Positions 19,634-29,043 of a stretch of DNA of 64,000 nt are shown here, in pieces; position 1 is the stretch's first letter, and each line of letters starts with the position of its first letter. The DNA is from Candidatus Babeliales bacterium (lineage in GTDB: Bacteria > Babelota > Babeliae > Babelales > JACPOV01), in assembly GCA_036260945.1 (NCBI GenBank), contig DATALT010000002.1:731938-795937 (forward strand), given 5' to 3'. The notes beneath the pieces are model-generated. The model searched no databases. It was not told where the DNA came from and worked only from the letters and a program-made list of their open reading frames with translations. A program made the position numbers and the translations under genes.

Positions 19634-20671
19634 CGCGATCAAGCACAAAATAAGTGAAATGATGCCAAAGCGAATCGTAATTTTTGCTTCTTGCCAACCA
19701 AGCAGCTCAAAATGATGATGAATTGGCGCCATTTTAAATATTCGCTTACCGCGATAACGGTACGAATAAACTTGCATCATCACCGATAACGCCTCAACAA
19801 CAAACAAGCCTCCCGCAATGCACAAAAGCAATTCTTGCTTTGCCATGAGCGCCATTAACGCAAGTGCACCCCCCAGGGCTAACGATCCAACATCTCCCAT
19901 GAAAATTTGCGCAGGATAGGCATTGTACCACAAAAAGCCAATCGAGGCGCCCACGAGCGCTGCGCCAACCACTGCCAATTCTGCAGTTCCTGCAAATGGA
20001 ATATGCAAATAGTTAGCGAACATATAATGGCCAGCTGCATAGCAAATTAACGAAAAGGTGGCAAAATTAGGAATAAGAGAACCTATTGCAAGCCCATCGA
20101 GTCCATCGGTTAAATTTACTGCATTGCTCGCTCCAACCATGATAAACGTCGCCCACAAAATAAAAAATATTCCGATGTTTGGATTAAGAGATTTAAAAAA
20201 TGGAAAACTAATCGAAGTGGAAACGCCGTTGAGAAACATAGAAATTGCGCAACATGCAGCAACTACGCATTGCGATAAAAATTTCATGCGCGATGAAATG
20301 CCTTTGCGCGTTTTAATTTTTAACCAATCATCCCAAGCACCAATCACACCAAAACCAACCAAGCCAAAAATCATAATGAGTATTTGATAATGCAAAATAG
20401 GAGCCCAGAGCAAAACCGTCGCCAACACAACGAATAGAATAAACACACCGCCCATCGTTGGCATATCATCTTTCTCTTTATGCCGCTCAGGAGTCCATTC
20501 TCGCGCTTTTGATCTAAAAAATTTTTTTGATGTTTCAATAAAAAATTCGCCGAACAAAAAAGAAAAACAAAGTGAAGTTAACAAAGCTGCCATTGCGCGA
20601 AAGCTCACATAATGCAACACGTTCCAAAATGAAGATGTTGCTTTAAAATACATGGATAAATAATACAGCAT
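19610..20671 (-). CDS. mraY: phospho-N-acetylmuramoyl-pentapeptide transferase
   Basis: Conserved NAVNLTDGLDGLA and HHHFE motifs; 10 TM segments. Confidence 0.9.
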   Translation of the reverse strand: MLYYLSMYFKATSSFWNVLHYVSFRAMAALLTSLCFSFLFGEFFIETSKKFFRSKAREWTPERHKEKDDMPTMGGVFILFVVLATVLLWAPILHYQILIMIFGLVGFGVIGAWDDWLKIKTRKGISSRMKFLSQCVVAACCAISMFLNGVSTSISFPFFKSLNPNIGIFFILWATFIMVGASNAVNLTDGLDGLAIGSLIPNFATFSLICYAAGHYMFANYLHIPFAGTAELAVVGAALVGASIGFLWYNAYPAQIFMGDVGSLALGGALALMALMAKQELLLCIAGGLFVVEALSVMMQVYSYRYRGKRIFKMAPIHHHFELLGWQEAKITIRFGIISLILCLIALMTLKIR

Positions 20672-20776
20672 TTGAAATCCTGACGAATGTAATATTCAAT
20701 TTTTTTTACTATCAGTTAGAATAATACGCAATTCACTATCTGTGAACTTTAGTTGCAAAATTAATAAGGGGCATAT

Positions 20777-22105
20777 ATGAAATTTTTATTCATCATTTTT
20801 TTTGCGATAATTTTTACTATAAATGCAGCACACGTTGAAAAAAAAATTAACGATCCGAAGACAATTTATGATGATCCAGCTGTTTTAACAGAAAAGAGCT
20901 CTGGCGAAAATCCACATCCGACCTATACCGAAGGAGGTATTCTGCAAGAGGCATCGAAGACTTCGCGTAATTCTAGTGGCGCTAGTGTCGCACAGGAGGC
21001 TACAAAAAAAGTTATTTCTCCAAGGCCATTATCGCCAAAATCTGTAGCTGACTCTATTTTCGTAAAAAAAGACAAGGTCGAGCGTAAAAGCACAGCAGTC
21101 CCGGCAACACCGCCTATTACACTTTCTGAAGAAGAGATGAAAAACGTTTCTAATGAAAAACGAATTTCTAAAAGAATCAATGAGTTGGAACTAAAAAACG
21201 CACTTCTGCGTAAAGATTGGGCGGGATGGAATGCATGGCTACATTCAGATGTTAAACAAAAAAAGCAAAAATGGATTGAGCTCGCAGCATGGAATCGAAT
21301 GGCTGTGGCAACCAAATATTTAGAAAAAATTGAAGATGATATTCAAAAATGGAAAGATCGAAAAAAACAATTAAAAAGCGTTTCAGCCCACGCTCTTTCG
21401 CCATCGGAAAAAGAAGAGAAGGAAAATTATGAAAAAGCAGCAATTATCTTGGCCCGGCCGATTGAAGACCGTACTCCGGCAGAAAAGGATATTCTGCTAA
21501 GTATTAAGAAAAAACATAAAGTTGAAGAGAGCGATTTTTATGACGAATTCTTCAAATTACAACATAAGGGACTTCGCGTTCCACCAGCACTTTTGAGAGA
21601 TTTTGTTAGTAACCCCTTGCTCGTTTTTCACGATAAAGCTATAAATAGCGATGGCCAAATTGAGCCAGACTTTACTCCACTTATCGATGATAATGAATTA
21701 GAAGAAAATGAAAAAATAGAAAAATATAAGTATTCAGCCCCAAAAAGATCAACCTACAAGATTCTAGGTGATTTTAAGAACGCAGTAAAAAAATGGGAAA
21801 ATGCATATTATGAAAAAGAAGACCAATTAATTTCAAGACAAAAAAATTATGAGAAATTTTCAGATGCAAGTAAGTATATGGAAATTGCGATTCATGATCT
21901 TAAAATAAAAGAAATAGAAGAAGCACATACAAAAACCATTAAAGATCTGGATAGAGTAATATCAACCTTGGCAGCCACTAACGAATCTCTAAAAAAAGGG
22001 GTTTCTCCAAGCAGCCGCAGAAATGGCTTTCTAGTCGGCGCAGCGAGTGCAACAACGGTTTGTACTTTGATTGGCACTTTTGTCTGGTGGAAATATAAAA
22101 AATAA
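20777..22105 (+). CDS. hypothetical secreted coiled-coil protein with C-terminal anchor
   Basis: Signal peptide; K/E-rich coiled-coil; C-terminus NGFLVGAASATTVCTLIGTFVWWKYKK. Confidence 0.5.
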   Translation: MKFLFIIFFAIIFTINAAHVEKKINDPKTIYDDPAVLTEKSSGENPHPTYTEGGILQEASKTSRNSSGASVAQEATKKVISPRPLSPKSVADSIFVKKDKVERKSTAVPATPPITLSEEEMKNVSNEKRISKRINELELKNALLRKDWAGWNAWLHSDVKQKKQKWIELAAWNRMAVATKYLEKIEDDIQKWKDRKKQLKSVSAHALSPSEKEEKENYEKAAIILARPIEDRTPAEKDILLSIKKKHKVEESDFYDEFFKLQHKGLRVPPALLRDFVSNPLLVFHDKAINSDGQIEPDFTPLIDDNELEENEKIEKYKYSAPKRSTYKILGDFKNAVKKWENAYYEKEDQLISRQKNYEKFSDASKYMEIAIHDLKIKEIEEAHTKTIKDLDRVISTLAATNESLKKGVSPSSRRNGFLVGAASATTVCTLIGTFVWWKYKK

Positions 22106-22143
22106 TTCTTTAATAGTTTTTTAATTTAGGGACGCGAATCTAT

Positions 22144-22746
22144 ATGAAATATCATGTACTTATCTTTACTTCATTGGTTATTCACAATTTTGCCTTTGGA
22201 ATGGAAACGAAAAACAAATCAATTCCAGCAATAAAAACAGGAATTCCTTGGGATAATTTAACTCCTGGAAATAAGCTGGATCTACTACTCGAAAAGTACC
22301 AACCGGCTATCGCCAGCTATCGCAAGACAGTGAACGAAAAAATTCAAAGTACTAATGGCAAGCGTGGCACTACTTCTTATAAAACAGAAGAAATTATCGA
22401 TGAAAATCATTCTGTTTTTGAAAAAAATGGAATTATACTTACTTTTGATAAAGTCCCGAAAGATACACACGATACAGGCCCAGCGTATCTCATTGAACCT
22501 ATGGAAAATTTGCTTTCTTTATTGGAACAATCAAACCTTAAAAATGAACAATTAATAATCGATTGCTCAGCTCATTATAACGCCGATCATGCGCTGAATA
22601 AAAAGATTGCTTTCACAGACCTACATGTTACTCACGAGAAAAGAAAATCTCAGGCCTATGGATTTGCTTTTGGCGCGCTAGCAATTGGAAGTATCTGGGC
22701 AGCAACAAAAGCATTTGTATGGTGGAAATCTCGAAAAGCAGCATAA
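22144..22746 (+). CDS. hypothetical secreted protein with C-terminal anchor (paralogous C-terminus to the 20777 gene)
   Basis: Signal peptide; C-terminus YGFAFGALAIGSIWAATKAFVWWKSRKAA. Confidence 0.5.
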   Translation: MKYHVLIFTSLVIHNFAFGMETKNKSIPAIKTGIPWDNLTPGNKLDLLLEKYQPAIASYRKTVNEKIQSTNGKRGTTSYKTEEIIDENHSVFEKNGIILTFDKVPKDTHDTGPAYLIEPMENLLSLLEQSNLKNEQLIIDCSAHYNADHALNKKIAFTDLHVTHEKRKSQAYGFAFGALAIGSIWAATKAFVWWKSRKAA

Positions 22747-22794
22747 AAACAGCCACATTTTTAGCTTCTCAACTTTAAGAATTTAATTATCCAT

Positions 22795-22838
22795 GCGCCA
22801 ATTGATTTTCATTTTGAAATTAATTGGCGCATTTTGTT
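22795..22838 (+). terminator. intrinsic terminator after the 22144-22746 gene
   Basis: GCGCCAATT...AATTGGCGC 9-bp stem (22795-22830) followed by ATTTTGTTT. Confidence 0.55.
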
Positions 22839-22991
22839 TACCAACCCCTATTCTCACTGAATCAACAGGCTTGCCCAAACGCTCATTTTTTCACGTTTCC
22901 TGTATCACCAAAAGCGATTCTGAACCGAGAAAATGACATATTCATACGTTTATTATAAAAAATGGCTGAACATTCTCACCACCCACCCCCT

Positions 22992-23019
22992 TTGACATAT
23001 CGACTCAATCGACTAATCT
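22992..23019 (+). promoter_or_regulatory. candidate sigma-70 promoter for the 23078 gene
   Basis: TTGACA, 16-nt spacer, TAATCT; lies about 60 nt upstream of the ATG, which has a GGAGA Shine-Dalgarno. Confidence 0.3.
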
Positions 23020-23077
23020 GGAGATTGTGGCTAGCAGGAGTAGTAAAGTAAAACAAAAACTCTATTATGGAGAACAT

Positions 23078-23491
23078 ATGAAATATACCTCACTGAGAGC
23101 CTCTTGCCTTATAACTATTGGTCTGATTGCGGCGCCTGCGCTTTGCGTAGCTACCGTTTCAGCTGATAACGCGGCTCAATCACACGTCAACCCTGTGGAT
23201 AAAGCGGTCCAAATCCTGGAAGCCTATGCACAGCAACAAAAATCGTTCAGAGAATTCGTCGATGAACTTATTAAAATGATCCAAGAACATCGAGAAACGG
23301 TAAAAACTCTTATCGATCAGCCGGTTCCTGATAAAGATGCCTATATCGATAACTTGATTGTCCGTCTTGAAAGTATCAAGGGTACGAAGAATCCGATAGC
23401 TGCCTTAAATACTCTGAAAGATTATCGTTGGCTGCTAGATAGATTTAAGCGATACACTGGATACGTTGTATCCCTCATTAAAAGAAACTAA
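23078..23491 (+). CDS. hypothetical small secreted protein
   Basis: Start at MKYTSL with a GGAGA Shine-Dalgarno; signal peptide ending ATVSA. Confidence 0.45.
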   Translation: MKYTSLRASCLITIGLIAAPALCVATVSADNAAQSHVNPVDKAVQILEAYAQQQKSFREFVDELIKMIQEHRETVKTLIDQPVPDKDAYIDNLIVRLESIKGTKNPIAALNTLKDYRWLLDRFKRYTGYVVSLIKRN

Positions 23492-23579
23492 GACTTGGGG
23501 AAATGGAGGTTACATTTATCCCAATCTAAAAGTGATCTTTTTAGTAAAATTCCTGAGAAATTTTTATTAAAACGATAGC

Positions 23580-23608
23580 TTGCCACAATTGCTATCAGTA
23601 TCATAATT
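23580..23608 (+). promoter_or_regulatory. candidate sigma-70 promoter immediately upstream of a terminator hairpin
   Basis: TTGCCA (23580-85), 17-nt spacer, ATAATT (23603-08). Confidence 0.3.
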
Positions 23609-23622
23609 CGGTAAACTAAGCT

Positions 23623-23657
23623 GCGAGGGCCTATAAAAAAGCCCTCGCTTTTTTACT
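23623..23657 (+). terminator. strong intrinsic terminator-like hairpin upstream of mnmG
   Basis: GCGAGGGC-10nt-GCCCTCGC followed by TTTTTTACT. Confidence 0.6.
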
Positions 23658-23692
23658 AACCGATTTAACTGGCGCTGGTGGATAGAAAACAA

Positions 23693-25546
23693 ATGAGCAT
23701 CGATCATTCTTTATCGTACGATTTTGACGTCATTGTTGTAGGAGGCGGCCACGCAGGAATTGAGGCTGCTTACGCATCTGCTCGCTTGGGATCACGCACA
23801 CTGATGATAACCCTCAATCTCGATCGCATAGGATTTATGCCCTGCAATCCGGCGATTGGCGGCGTTGGAAAAGGGCACATTGTTTTTGAGATTAGCGCGC
23901 TTGGCGGTTTAATGCCCAAATTGTGCACGCAAACCTATCTACAAGCCCGCATGCTTAATACCAGTAAAGGCCCGGCCGTTCAAGGGCTTCGCCTTCAAAT
24001 CGATAAACACGCCTATAATAAATTAAGTAAACAAACACTTGAACATACAGAAAACCTGACCCTTATGATGGGAATGGTTGAAAATCTGATCCTTAATGAA
24101 AAGAATGAAGTATGCGGCATAAAAACTCGCGAAGGAGCAGAGTATACCGCTCGTTCGGTTATTCTCACAACCGGCACCTTCTTAAATGGCCTTATCCATA
24201 TTGGCCAAACAAATTATTCAGCCGGGCGCCAAGGTGACGAATCGGTGCCTCATCTTTCTCATTTTTTAGCAAATTTGGGAATCAAAATTGGCCGCTTAAA
24301 AACCGGAACTCCTCCCCGCTTATTGCGTTCAAGCCTCGATTTTTCAAAAATGACCATGCAAGAGCCTGATAATTTGGACTATCTATTTGAGTTCAAACCC
24401 CAAACCGTCACCAGCTCTCATGCATGCTACATTACGCACACAAACGAAAAAACTCACGAGATTATAAGAAAAAATTTACATCTTTCGCCGATGTATAGCG
24501 GTAACATCAAAGGTATTGGCCCGCGCTATTGCCCATCAATCGAAGATAAAATTGCTCGCTTTGGTACCAAAACTTCGCATCATGTTTTTGTAGAACCAGA
24601 AAGTGCTTCAAGTGAAGAAGTGTACCCTAACGGTATTTCCACCTCTTTGCCGCTCGAAGTGCAAAAACAATACGTGCGTACGATTCCCGGATTTGAAAAT
24701 GCGGTCATTGTGCGCCCTGGTTATGCAGTTGAATACGATTTTGTTTTGCCAGATCAACTCAGTAGCTCACTTGAAGTTAAGCATGTTTCCGGTTTGTTTT
24801 TAGCTGGCCAAATTAATGGCACAACTGGATACGAAGAAGCTGCCGGGCAAGGAATTATTGCGGGAATTAACGCACACTTGAAAGCTACAGGGCAAAAACC
24901 TTTCATCCTATCACGCCAAGAAGGATATATTGGCGTAATGATAGACGATTTAGTAACACTCGGCGTTGATGAACCCTATCGCATGTTTACGTCGCGCGCG
25001 GAACGCCGCCTTTCTTTGCGGCAAGATAATGTTTTTTATCGGCTTGCGCAAACGAGCTACAATTTAGGGCTCATTAATAAATCGTTTTATGATGAAATCA
25101 AACAAGAGCAAGCACTCGTTGCGCAAGTAGTCCGCGATATTCGTTCCGGAAAAAACAATGATGATTTATTGAAATTATTGGGCCGAGATGAAACAAATAT
25201 CGAACGAATTCATGAGATAACGAATAATGCTTTAAACAATCGTGCTGCATTAGCAGTATGGGCAGAAGTGCGCTACGAACCGTATTTAAAGCGCGATCTT
25301 AAGGAAATGGAAAAAGCGCTACATATGCAAGATCTTGAAATTCCTGAATCGCTTGATGTTACACTTATTGCCGGTCTATCAAAAGAATTACAAGAGAAAT
25401 TAAGAAAACATAAACCAAAAAATATCGCAGCCGCTTCGCTTATTCCAGGAATGACTCCTGCAGCAATCGCGGTACTTATTTTTAAAATCAGAGAGCATAG
25501 TAAAATAAAAGCAAAAAAAGATTCATGTTTAGAGGAAGTACAATGA
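23693..25546 (+). CDS. mnmG: tRNA uridine 5-carboxymethylaminomethyl modification enzyme MnmG (GidA)
   Basis: FAD-binding [15 protein letters not shown]; full-length MnmG architecture; an alternative start is at 23678. Confidence 0.9.
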   Translation: MSIDHSLSYDFDVIVVGGGHAGIEAAYASARLGSRTLMITLNLDRIGFMPCNPAIGGVGKGHIVFEISALGGLMPKLCTQTYLQARMLNTSKGPAVQGLRLQIDKHAYNKLSKQTLEHTENLTLMMGMVENLILNEKNEVCGIKTREGAEYTARSVILTTGTFLNGLIHIGQTNYSAGRQGDESVPHLSHFLANLGIKIGRLKTGTPPRLLRSSLDFSKMTMQEPDNLDYLFEFKPQTVTSSHACYITHTNEKTHEIIRKNLHLSPMYSGNIKGIGPRYCPSIEDKIARFGTKTSHHVFVEPESASSEEVYPNGISTSLPLEVQKQYVRTIPGFENAVIVRPGYAVEYDFVLPDQLSSSLEVKHVSGLFLAGQINGTTGYEEAAGQGIIAGINAHLKATGQKPFILSRQEGYIGVMIDDLVTLGVDEPYRMFTSRAERRLSLRQDNVFYRLAQTSYNLGLINKSFYDEIKQEQALVAQVVRDIRSGKNNDDLLKLLGRDETNIERIHEITNNALNNRAALAVWAEVRYEPYLKRDLKEMEKALHMQDLEIPESLDVTLIAGLSKELQEKLRKHKPKNIAAASLIPGMTPAAIAVLIFKIREHSKIKAKKDSCLEEVQ

Positions 25547-26265
25547 AAAAATTAGCCCAACTTTTATTTGTTTTATCGTCAGTTTCAGCTATTTCGTTCG
25601 GCGGCGATTCGATAATAGTTGAAGAATCAACGGCGGCATCGCCCACAAAAAAGATATCAACAAAACCGATAATCAAAGAAGAAGCAAAAAAAGTAGCCAG
25701 TCCTCAGAAAAAAACAACATCGCCCGCATCAGAAACTATTGAAAAAAAGAGTTGCACTAAAGATGCGGCAAAAAAACCGGCCGGCAATACCCCAAACAAA
25801 GACAACAAAGCCCCAGAAAAGAAAAAGAGCGGCTACGTAAACCCCTACGCAATAAAAAAAGAAACAGGCCAACCTGAGCCGATTGTAGTTGAGAAACCGA
25901 TTGCTGCCCCGGTAATCATGTCTGAGCAAAAAAAAGAACCGGTGATTGCGCAAAAAGAAAAAAAAGGACGCACGGTTCAGATAAAAAATTCGATCACTAA
26001 AGACATGATCACGTATCATCATTGGACAGGAAAACACACGCCAGATTTTGTTTTAAAAATTAACGGCAACGAAGTTAAGCAAGGAGTAACCGCTTCGGTT
26101 CCTGTCGAAAACAATGCGGTTAAATTTGAATACATTTTTAATTTTGCAAACGGATACTACAAAGATACAAAAAAAGCTGAGTTTACTCTTCCTGCAGGTG
26201 ATGCTTTTGAACTCGATTTCTCATGGAAATCGCAACCAAATATAAAAATTATTCCAGCCAAATAA
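25543..26265 (+). CDS. hypothetical secreted protein with Lys/Pro-rich linker and a C-terminal globular domain
   Basis: GAGGAAG Shine-Dalgarno plus ATG at 25543; signal peptide; K-rich low complexity (aa 40-150). Confidence 0.5.
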   Translation: MKKLAQLLFVLSSVSAISFGGDSIIVEESTAASPTKKISTKPIIKEEAKKVASPQKKTTSPASETIEKKSCTKDAAKKPAGNTPNKDNKAPEKKKSGYVNPYAIKKETGQPEPIVVEKPIAAPVIMSEQKKEPVIAQKEKKGRTVQIKNSITKDMITYHHWTGKHTPDFVLKINGNEVKQGVTASVPVENNAVKFEYIFNFANGYYKDTKKAEFTLPAGDAFELDFSWKSQPNIKIIPAK

Positions 26266-26271
26266 AAAAAA

Positions 26272-26309
26272 ATACACCAGGCGCACTCAAGCATCTGGTG
26301 TATTTTCAA
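26272..26309. terminator. bidirectional intrinsic terminator between convergent genes
   Basis: ATACACCAG-14nt-CTGGTGTAT flanked by an A-run upstream and a T-run downstream. Confidence 0.6.
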
Positions 26310-26320
26310 TACTTACTTTC

Positions 26321-27619
26321 TTAATATTTACGCTGCAACAATAATCCGCCAGCAAAAAGAGCCGCAAAGAGTGGTATCATGCCAACTAAGCGCTCGTGCA
26401 TCGTGCTGCCAAAATTATAGAAGCTATAGATTGCAAGCCCTAAGACTGCAATAATCGCAGCAATGGTAACTAAAATTGAAGCCATCGATTTTTTTTCACT
26501 GCTCAATTGTATTTTCAAGAGCGAGATAAAAGGCAAAAGGAACGCAGTGAAGATACCAAGATTGCAAAGGCTAAAAGCATAATCGATATTGGTAATATGG
26601 CGCACCAAAAAAAACGCAACAAGCCCTTGTAAAACGGTAGCAACCCAAGGGCGACCACGTTTACTTAAGCGAGAAAGCATTGGAGAAAAATAGAAAAGTT
26701 TTTCTTCAGCCATTGAATGGAGCAAAATTGAATTGCCATTCATCATTCCGTTTGCGCCCGCAAAAATTGCAAGAACCGAGGCGATTGAAATAAGGAAACT
26801 CAACAAAACTGCTATCGCTGGAATCGGCCATGCAACAAAATCTCCAAATGCAGGCGCACCCAATTCTGAAAGTTTTTGAACTCCCATTATATTAATCACA
26901 CTGAAGTTAAACAGCGTATAAATAAGGGTCGTCAAAACAAAACCAATCAAAATAGCTCTCGGTGCATTTTTTTTGCTATCTTCAATCAAATGGCTAATGC
27001 TTGCGCAATATTCAAATCCGAAATAACCAAATATGGCCATTGGCATAGCAAACGGAACAAGCGCTAATTCTTGGCTGCTTACTGCTAATGTTTGCGGTTT
27101 AAATACGAAAGGCAAAACAAGAATACCCGCAATAAGTGGAATAATTTTAGTAATGGTTAACCCATTGAGCAATCTACCGAGCGATTTAAGGCTCATAAGA
27201 TTTAAGAAAGTGGTACTGCCGATGATAAGTAAATCAAACGCAAAAGTATGGTCGGTGAGCCAATTTGATCCCATCATAACGGTCAATGTTTTTCTCAATG
27301 CCATAAATTCGACGACAAGCGCAAACGTATACCCAACGATATAAAGCCAACCACTGGCAAAACCTGCCGTTCGATTGAGGCCTTCTTTAGCGTAAAGATA
27401 GAATCCCCCCGCTCCTGGAAACATACGGCTTAATTGTACCGTACTCAGAACAATAGGTAAGAAAATAAGGGCCACCATAATCCAAGCCAAATAACTTGCG
27501 TTTCCGGCGATTGCAGCCATGCTACCAGGGCCGATCAGGATACCGGATCCGATCATAATATTAAGATTCAGCAAAATGGCGGTGAACAACGAAATTTTGT
27601 GTTGTTTCATGATACCCAC
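26321..27619 (-). CDS. APC-family amino acid permease
   Basis: 12 TM segments; APC-like motifs; second permease paralog in the window. Confidence 0.75.
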   Translation of the reverse strand: MGIMKQHKISLFTAILLNLNIMIGSGILIGPGSMAAIAGNASYLAWIMVALIFLPIVLSTVQLSRMFPGAGGFYLYAKEGLNRTAGFASGWLYIVGYTFALVVEFMALRKTLTVMMGSNWLTDHTFAFDLLIIGSTTFLNLMSLKSLGRLLNGLTITKIIPLIAGILVLPFVFKPQTLAVSSQELALVPFAMPMAIFGYFGFEYCASISHLIEDSKKNAPRAILIGFVLTTLIYTLFNFSVINIMGVQKLSELGAPAFGDFVAWPIPAIAVLLSFLISIASVLAIFAGANGMMNGNSILLHSMAEEKLFYFSPMLSRLSKRGRPWVATVLQGLVAFFLVRHITNIDYAFSLCNLGIFTAFLLPFISLLKIQLSSEKKSMASILVTIAAIIAVLGLAIYSFYNFGSTMHERLVGMIPLFAALFAGGLLLQRKY

Positions 27620-27761
27620 TCGTTTAGGTAGTAAAAAAATAAAAAAACAGATATTGAGTTTAGCTTATAAACTTGAAGTTGTACACACTTTGCAACTTTG
27701 GGCTTGTTTGACTAGGCTTGCATTATTGGCCTTTCGCAGGGATTACCTAGGAGAAAAAATT

Positions 27762-28292
27762 ATGTTTTTCGGATGCTTTATACCTAAAAAAAATCTCGTG
27801 GCGGGATTACTAATCCTTATCGGATGGTCGCCGTTGATTCACTCGCATGGCGCAACTGAGCAGAAATTGTTCCTCGGGCGCCAATGGGCATTTCTTGAGC
27901 ATCATTTCATTGTGAAACCTCAAGAAGCTTCAGCCTCTTTTATTTCAGCGCTCAAGAAAAATATCTCATCAATTTTTGTCGCGATGCTGGCAGGCTATGG
28001 TGCTTACCAAGGAACGCGTTATCTCTTTCCTGAAAAAATAACCCGGCATCAACTTCCCGCTCGAGCTCTTGCAATTTTTATTTGCGTACCTGCAGCCGCA
28101 TTATGGGCAGGACTCGCGATGCATAACTATGCAACCTATCTTATTGAAACTAATACCGAGTGCCACTCAATAGAGTCTTTTGTAAAAAATTTGACCGAAT
28201 TAGATCAATCGAATGTTAAAGTAGAGGTTGAATTATACGATCAAAAAACTATTTACTCACCAATACTTACTTACAATCTTACAAATTGCTAA
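27762..28292 (+). CDS. hypothetical membrane protein
   Basis: AGGAGA Shine-Dalgarno plus ATG at 27762; several hydrophobic segments; the ORF-track upstream extension overlaps the permease and is unlikely. Confidence 0.4.
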   Translation: MFFGCFIPKKNLVAGLLILIGWSPLIHSHGATEQKLFLGRQWAFLEHHFIVKPQEASASFISALKKNISSIFVAMLAGYGAYQGTRYLFPEKITRHQLPARALAIFICVPAAALWAGLAMHNYATYLIETNTECHSIESFVKNLTELDQSNVKVEVELYDQKTIYSPILTYNLTNC

Positions 28293-28345
28293 CATGAGCC
28301 TGAAAAATTATTTAACTTTGAGTGACAATAAAGGAAGGATTACAC

Positions 28346-28885
28346 GTGAATCATCGTTTTCTTTTACTCGTTTGCATTGCTTTTTATGGGTCGCCCTCAT
28401 TTGCACATGTAGATAAAACTCTTTTAATTGGCCTTGAAGCCAATATTCAAGCAAAAGCAATAGAGCACAAAGTTAATCTCGTTGAACATTGTGATAAATT
28501 TTACAAAAACCTTTCAGAGATTATCGCAACGCATTGCGCGAGCCCAAACGTTGAAAAACCGGAAAACGAGCTTGCCTCGTTCATCATTTGCCGATGTGCA
28601 AGACAATTTTTTCTATTGCTTGATGAGCAGAATAACCGATTCATGGAAATGCAATACAGCAAATTTGCCCAAATAGGCAGCATATTAGAAAGAATGGATG
28701 CGGAATTTAAATTCTATAAAAAAGAAATGGATGCTATCGTTGATGAAATTAATCATGTGAATAAAGCGCCTTCAAAAACACATGCAGAACTTGAAGAACT
28801 AAGTAAAAACTTCAGTGCACTTCTAAAAAAACATGCGTTTCCCGAAGAAGTAATTGAGCATCATACGACGCATGGGCAGAACTAA
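28346..28885 (+). CDS. hypothetical secreted helical protein
   Basis: AGGAAGG Shine-Dalgarno 7 nt before GTG at 28346; signal peptide MNHRFLLLVCIAFYGSPSFA. Confidence 0.4.
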   Translation: MNHRFLLLVCIAFYGSPSFAHVDKTLLIGLEANIQAKAIEHKVNLVEHCDKFYKNLSEIIATHCASPNVEKPENELASFIICRCARQFFLLLDEQNNRFMEMQYSKFAQIGSILERMDAEFKFYKKEMDAIVDEINHVNKAPSKTHAELEELSKNFSALLKKHAFPEEVIEHHTTHGQN

Positions 28886-29043
28886 AAGAGCTCCCAGGCG
28901 ATTATCTCAGAAAAATAAATTTGCAAAATGACACCATTTTGTTTTTAAAAATAATGTTTTATTGCAAAATTGAAATATTTATCTATATATTCATAATAAA
29001 TATGAACTAATAATTTTTTGAACTACTCGATGGGTGTTCAATT

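Noticed and set aside
22747-23692. Possible replication origin near mnmG (gidA)
   Set aside because: Only isolated degenerate DnaA-box-like 9-mers (for example TTATCCATG at about 22786, TCTATCCACC antisense at about 23668). No cluster, no dnaA or dnaN nearby and no AT-rich DUE pattern. Insufficient evidence.
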